DNA of 52,578 nt, from assembly GCA_017646745.1 (NCBI GenBank), contig JAGCLY010000062.1:1-52578 (forward strand). Direction: 5' to 3'. Below are positions 51,301-52,578 of the stretch, in pieces. Every line of letters begins with the position of its first letter. The first letter of the stretch is position 1. The position numbers and the translations under genes were made by a program. This DNA comes from Clostridia bacterium (GTDB lineage Bacteria; Bacillota; Clostridia; Oscillospirales; CAG-272). The notes beneath the pieces were generated by a model that worked only from the letters and a program-made list of their open reading frames with translations, was not told the origin of the DNA and did no database searches.

Positions 51301-51835
51301 ATCGAACATTCCCGTAACGCTTGCTGATGGTCACGAGTTTAGTATAGCTAACGGAAATAATCCCTTCGTACCGGAAAACGGAGGCTCTTACAAAGATGAG
51401 ACTGGTGGTAATCTGAACGATACCCGTTACGGTAACGGAGGAGGCGCTGAGCTTACAGTTACACTTTGGGTAGAAGAGGATACCGTTGTATCCTTTAGAC
51501 TTATCAGTGGCTGGCGTGCCGGCGAACATTTCGGTTATTATCAGGATCCCAACGATGGAAGCACTAATTATCCCTATATTTCCTATCTGAAACTTAACGG
51601 CGAGACCGTTGGTGTTACTCCTTCTACCACAACCTATTATAATGTTGCCGGCTTTAGTAATGAATATCATTATTGCGAGCTTGCTACAATAGAATTAAAG
51701 GCAGGAGTTGCTAACGTTATTTCGTTCAGAATAGCTGAAAATAATTCGACTGAAGGCGGAGATAACGTAAACTTCAAGGGCATTTCAATTGTTACTGAGC
51801 CCGGCGTTACCGTTACTCTTGGCAATTCTCAGTAA
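45392..51835 (+). CDS. Domain-swapped GH3 beta-glycosidase fused via TM helices to CBM6/35-like repeats and Cys/His modules
   Basis: GH3-C (GGGSG, SGHLADT, YAEGIYVGYKYYET), FnIII, GH3-N (NIHRTP..RNFEYFSEDG, KHFALNDQE, LRGEWG..VISD); FEAE...NFDY modules. Confidence 0.88.
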   Translation: MMIIFKKSFWALMTVYMSIWLVIVMVAGTVLEDYKMLINGILGLPGYRVENVATEDEDLEHFKSKFVKKDANGNVIYVTDADGYVHQAYDDDALLKASTEKAMQVQREGTTILWNSDDNGLPLSEGDKVSLFSHSSVAWGYSGGGSGKAFKGDNMKDALTKAGLSVNGTLWDFYSKGAGKDYVRDVANIHEVPWNVYTGEVKNSFASYGDAAIIVLTRVSREGSVGGAVADIPHTGADTPTGDYLDLSAEEEQMINEVIAAKNAGTFKKVIVLLNTPVGLYMDSLLERRGDIDCCMWVGQTGTCGLNEVGNILAGKSIPSGHLADTLLFNTRSTPAYANSIATAYLNAASMNLENINRQGVFIVYAEGIYVGYKYYETRYEDTVLGRGNATSNVGVVNSASSWVYSDVVAFPFGHGDSYTTFEYSNYSVVENADGNYEVTLTVTNTGSKKGSDAVQIYVQKPYTDYDIMWGIEQASVNLAGFAKTPELAPGESVDVTIVVEDDAFKTYDAYNKKTYIREQGEYYITAAQDAHEAVNNILAAKGYTPANTNGVMDAEGNNSLVGKFEFDTDDYETFSVSDVTGNPITNRFDDVDWNRYENKGPENVTYLSRNDWQGTYPTEAVKLSLTEKMVEELANDHKAAVNPEDKMPLFGQGHSFNLIDMKDLPYDHENWETLLNQLTLDEMIELLGSAMSGTMAMNSIAKPSDKAGGNPLGLTYPYLSSGKNPVNYPSPTVLAASYNEQLALEVGELIGYDGLHTGVIGLYAPGANIHRTPYSSRNFEYFSEDGFLSGMMAKNEIIGMESTGCYVNLKHFALNDQESYRHGVSIWSNEQAIREIYLAAYEPGVTDGKADGMMSAFNRLGTKWSGAHKGLLTDVLRGEWGLEGFVISDSAWQTYMGVIDGLMAGNDCILYEIDLSLYDQARTNPTVAKAVREATHRLLYVIGNSATMNGVGKNTKIILVNEWWQELIIDIQTGVLIVTISLLIITILAFILFGRVGREGLYYSSGSRGGKIIGTVFASVVSLALIAASIIIPYTLKNLPENHIGNMIADLLEGENPDGEEKVPSLKDQLEGEYNGYIFEAECSVLTSDKASTEAGGEGQNYPSGGMFINNMKNANEFKTVFNVTATEDAPAVLSLSMGLREWSMVMADVLTLTVNGEEIEISKDIVFPVSNGVRYFDWQEFEIAIINLKAGENTITLEKKAGLGDGEGNGLNFDYLALYTIADLGWTHEVGVGHSYGEWSLNSEPTAESAGEIASVCSTCRDYKVVAIPAISEANGYSKVTEDANGAYTKTTWTITVDGYTYTTTEINYPEGWADYRFEAECSDLTSDKALTEAGGKGQNYPSGGMYISNMKNAGNFKTVFNVTASKAAPAVLSLSMGLREWEMVVADVLTLTVNGEEIEISSNIIFPIYSGSNKWFDWTTIEIAGINLVEGNNIIVLEKREGLGDGVGNGLNFDYLSIGSVAELQWTSEVGVGHNYEWTVLTEPTLATAGKIAAYCETCRDYVEEEIPAVSADNGYVKTADDGILYGTSTWNYQKDDKTFTFTIKNYHENSEFYHIFEAESSKFDGSAKQYNNAVVGASNGAFLNKLHNKSTWSVTFEIGSNKATKAMLVMRIKGDKNVTLNNGRTLTVNGKNVALPNVTWLKNEDTSKHWMECEVVVIDLQMGKNTITFSNNGADFVSDLDYFAFITDAELSRYQGDVAHTCSFVPGEAVAPTCTESGLTAGTYCSICYKAGEAQEIIDSLGHADENGDELCDRCDSQVCIEHDVVTDKAVDATCTTSGLTEGSHCSKCGEILVAQKEVLAPGHKDENSDNSCDACGEPIGKKETYTFLVKDNDPFATENGGSAIDTGKDDNKTLGKGDVYENTYGCTFTFTVYVNEATTVELYVYENNGNAAMTVSSAFKELTLNGKKVDLLDTEMPKTDWSEGTAQYIHIATLDLQKGLNEITFVRTTPNSGANNVNIRGIKLVSNIPVTLADGHEFSIANGNNPFVPENGGSYKDETGGNLNDTRYGNGGGAELTVTLWVEEDTVVSFRLISGWRAGEHFGYYQDPNDGSTNYPYISYLKLNGETVGVTPSTTTYYNVAGFSNEYHYCELATIELKAGVANVISFRIAENNSTEGGDNVNFKGISIVTEPGVTVTLGNSQ
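48629..49821 (+). repeat. Intragenic duplication of a CBM-like module (offset about 720 bp)
   Basis: GAGGCAGAGTGCTCTG...GGCCAGAATTATCCCAGTGGCGGTATG...GAGGTTGGCGTAGGACA at about 48629-49098 and 49349-49821. Confidence 0.88.
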
Positions 51836-51881
51836 TAGCATTTCCACGTTAAGTGGTATTAGCAATACAAAACAACTTAAT

Positions 51882-51916
51882 ATTTCTCTCCCTCGCATAT
51901 GCGGGGGGGAGAGAAA
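51882..51916. terminator. Hairpin after the GH3 gene
   Basis: TTTCTCTCCCTCGC-atat-GCGGGGGGGAGAGAAA. Confidence 0.6.
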
Positions 51917-51971
51917 TGAAAAAACAAGATAAAAACATTTATTATATATATTATAAAAGGAAGGAAATTTT

Positions 51972-52578
51972 ATGAAAAAGCTCCTGTTTATAATCATTGC
52001 GCTTTTAATAGCTGTATCAAGTGTTGCCTTAGGCAGGGTTTTGACTGAAGGTCATCAACACGAAATGACTAAGGTAGACGAGATCGCGGCAACCTGTACC
52101 GCACAGGGTACAGAGGCGCACTATTTCTGCTCCGGTTGTGGCAAGTACTTTGAGGATGCGATGGGTGAAACCGAGATCAAGGCCCCCGAGGTAATTGAGG
52201 CACTCGGTCATAACTATAGTGACTGGGCCGCAGCCGAGGATACCGACAACCACAAAAAGACCTGCTCTTCTTGCGGTGACGAACAGATCAAGGCTCATAA
52301 CTGGGTTGAAATGGATAGAGTTAATCCAACTCACACATCAGATGGTAAGGCAAGCTACACCTGTAGCGCATGCTCTGCAACCAAGGAAGAAACTCTTGAC
52401 AAGACCACCGATCATAGTTATGGCGCTTGGGAAAAGGCTGACGCAGACAACCACAAGAAGACTTGTGAGTGTGGTGACGTACATACCGAGGCTCATACCT
52501 GGACCGAAACCGGCAGAGTTGATGCAACTCATACAGCAGAAGGTAAGGTAACCTATACTTGTAACGTATGTTCCGAAA
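51972..52578 (+). CDS. Secreted Cys/His-repeat protein (3' end outside window; missing from the ORF track)
   Basis: MKKLLFIIIALLIAVSSVALG signal, then AATCTAQGTEAHYFCSGCGK, HKKTCSSCG, YTCSAC; open to the window end. Confidence 0.8.
   Translation, partial: MKKLLFIIIALLIAVSSVALGRVLTEGHQHEMTKVDEIAATCTAQGTEAHYFCSGCGKYFEDAMGETEIKAPEVIEALGHNYSDWAAAEDTDNHKKTCSSCGDEQIKAHNWVEMDRVNPTHTSDGKASYTCSACSATKEETLDKTTDHSYGAWEKADADNHKKTCECGDVHTEAHTWTETGRVDATHTAEGKVTYTCNVCSE

Overview
Chromosomal window of a spore-forming Clostridia-like Bacillota (inferred from spoIIAB-sigF, CIRCE-groESL and sigma-A promoters). The left part (1-28.2 kb) is mostly housekeeping. It holds spoIIAB (partial)-sigF, groESL, an Fe-S aldo/keto reductase, CPA2 and MATE transporters, dapA and queA. 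It continues with a yybP-ykoY riboswitch-mntP-Ca/Na antiporter operon, a two-gene pectin de-esterase lipoprotein operon (CE12 + CE8), alkaline phosphatase and sdpR-sdpI plus a broken CPBP protease. It ends with murD-cysteine desulfurase-rlmH, RNase P RNA with a greatly enlarged P12, and a YhaO/YhaN-like nuclease-ATPase pair. The right part is accessory. A BspA-like LRR surface protein has hypervariable codons that are mostly NNT. Duplicated tRNA/tmRNA 3' ends mark a probable island border, followed by a RES remnant and a carbohydrate island. The island holds a LytTR/GHKL pair, GH31, a GPH transporter, GH13, an esterase, a phosphoesterase, a 2147-aa GH3-CBM membrane protein and a partial Cys/His-repeat protein. 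Non-coding highlights are a ~213-bp terminator-promoter-leader cassette duplicated around the GH31 gene (its promoter core recurs before the GH3 operon), a 23-bp IS3-type scar with a 4-bp target duplication, and a structured intergenic element resembling 16S rRNA helix 8. All calls come from reading the sequence by eye; no database searches were run.
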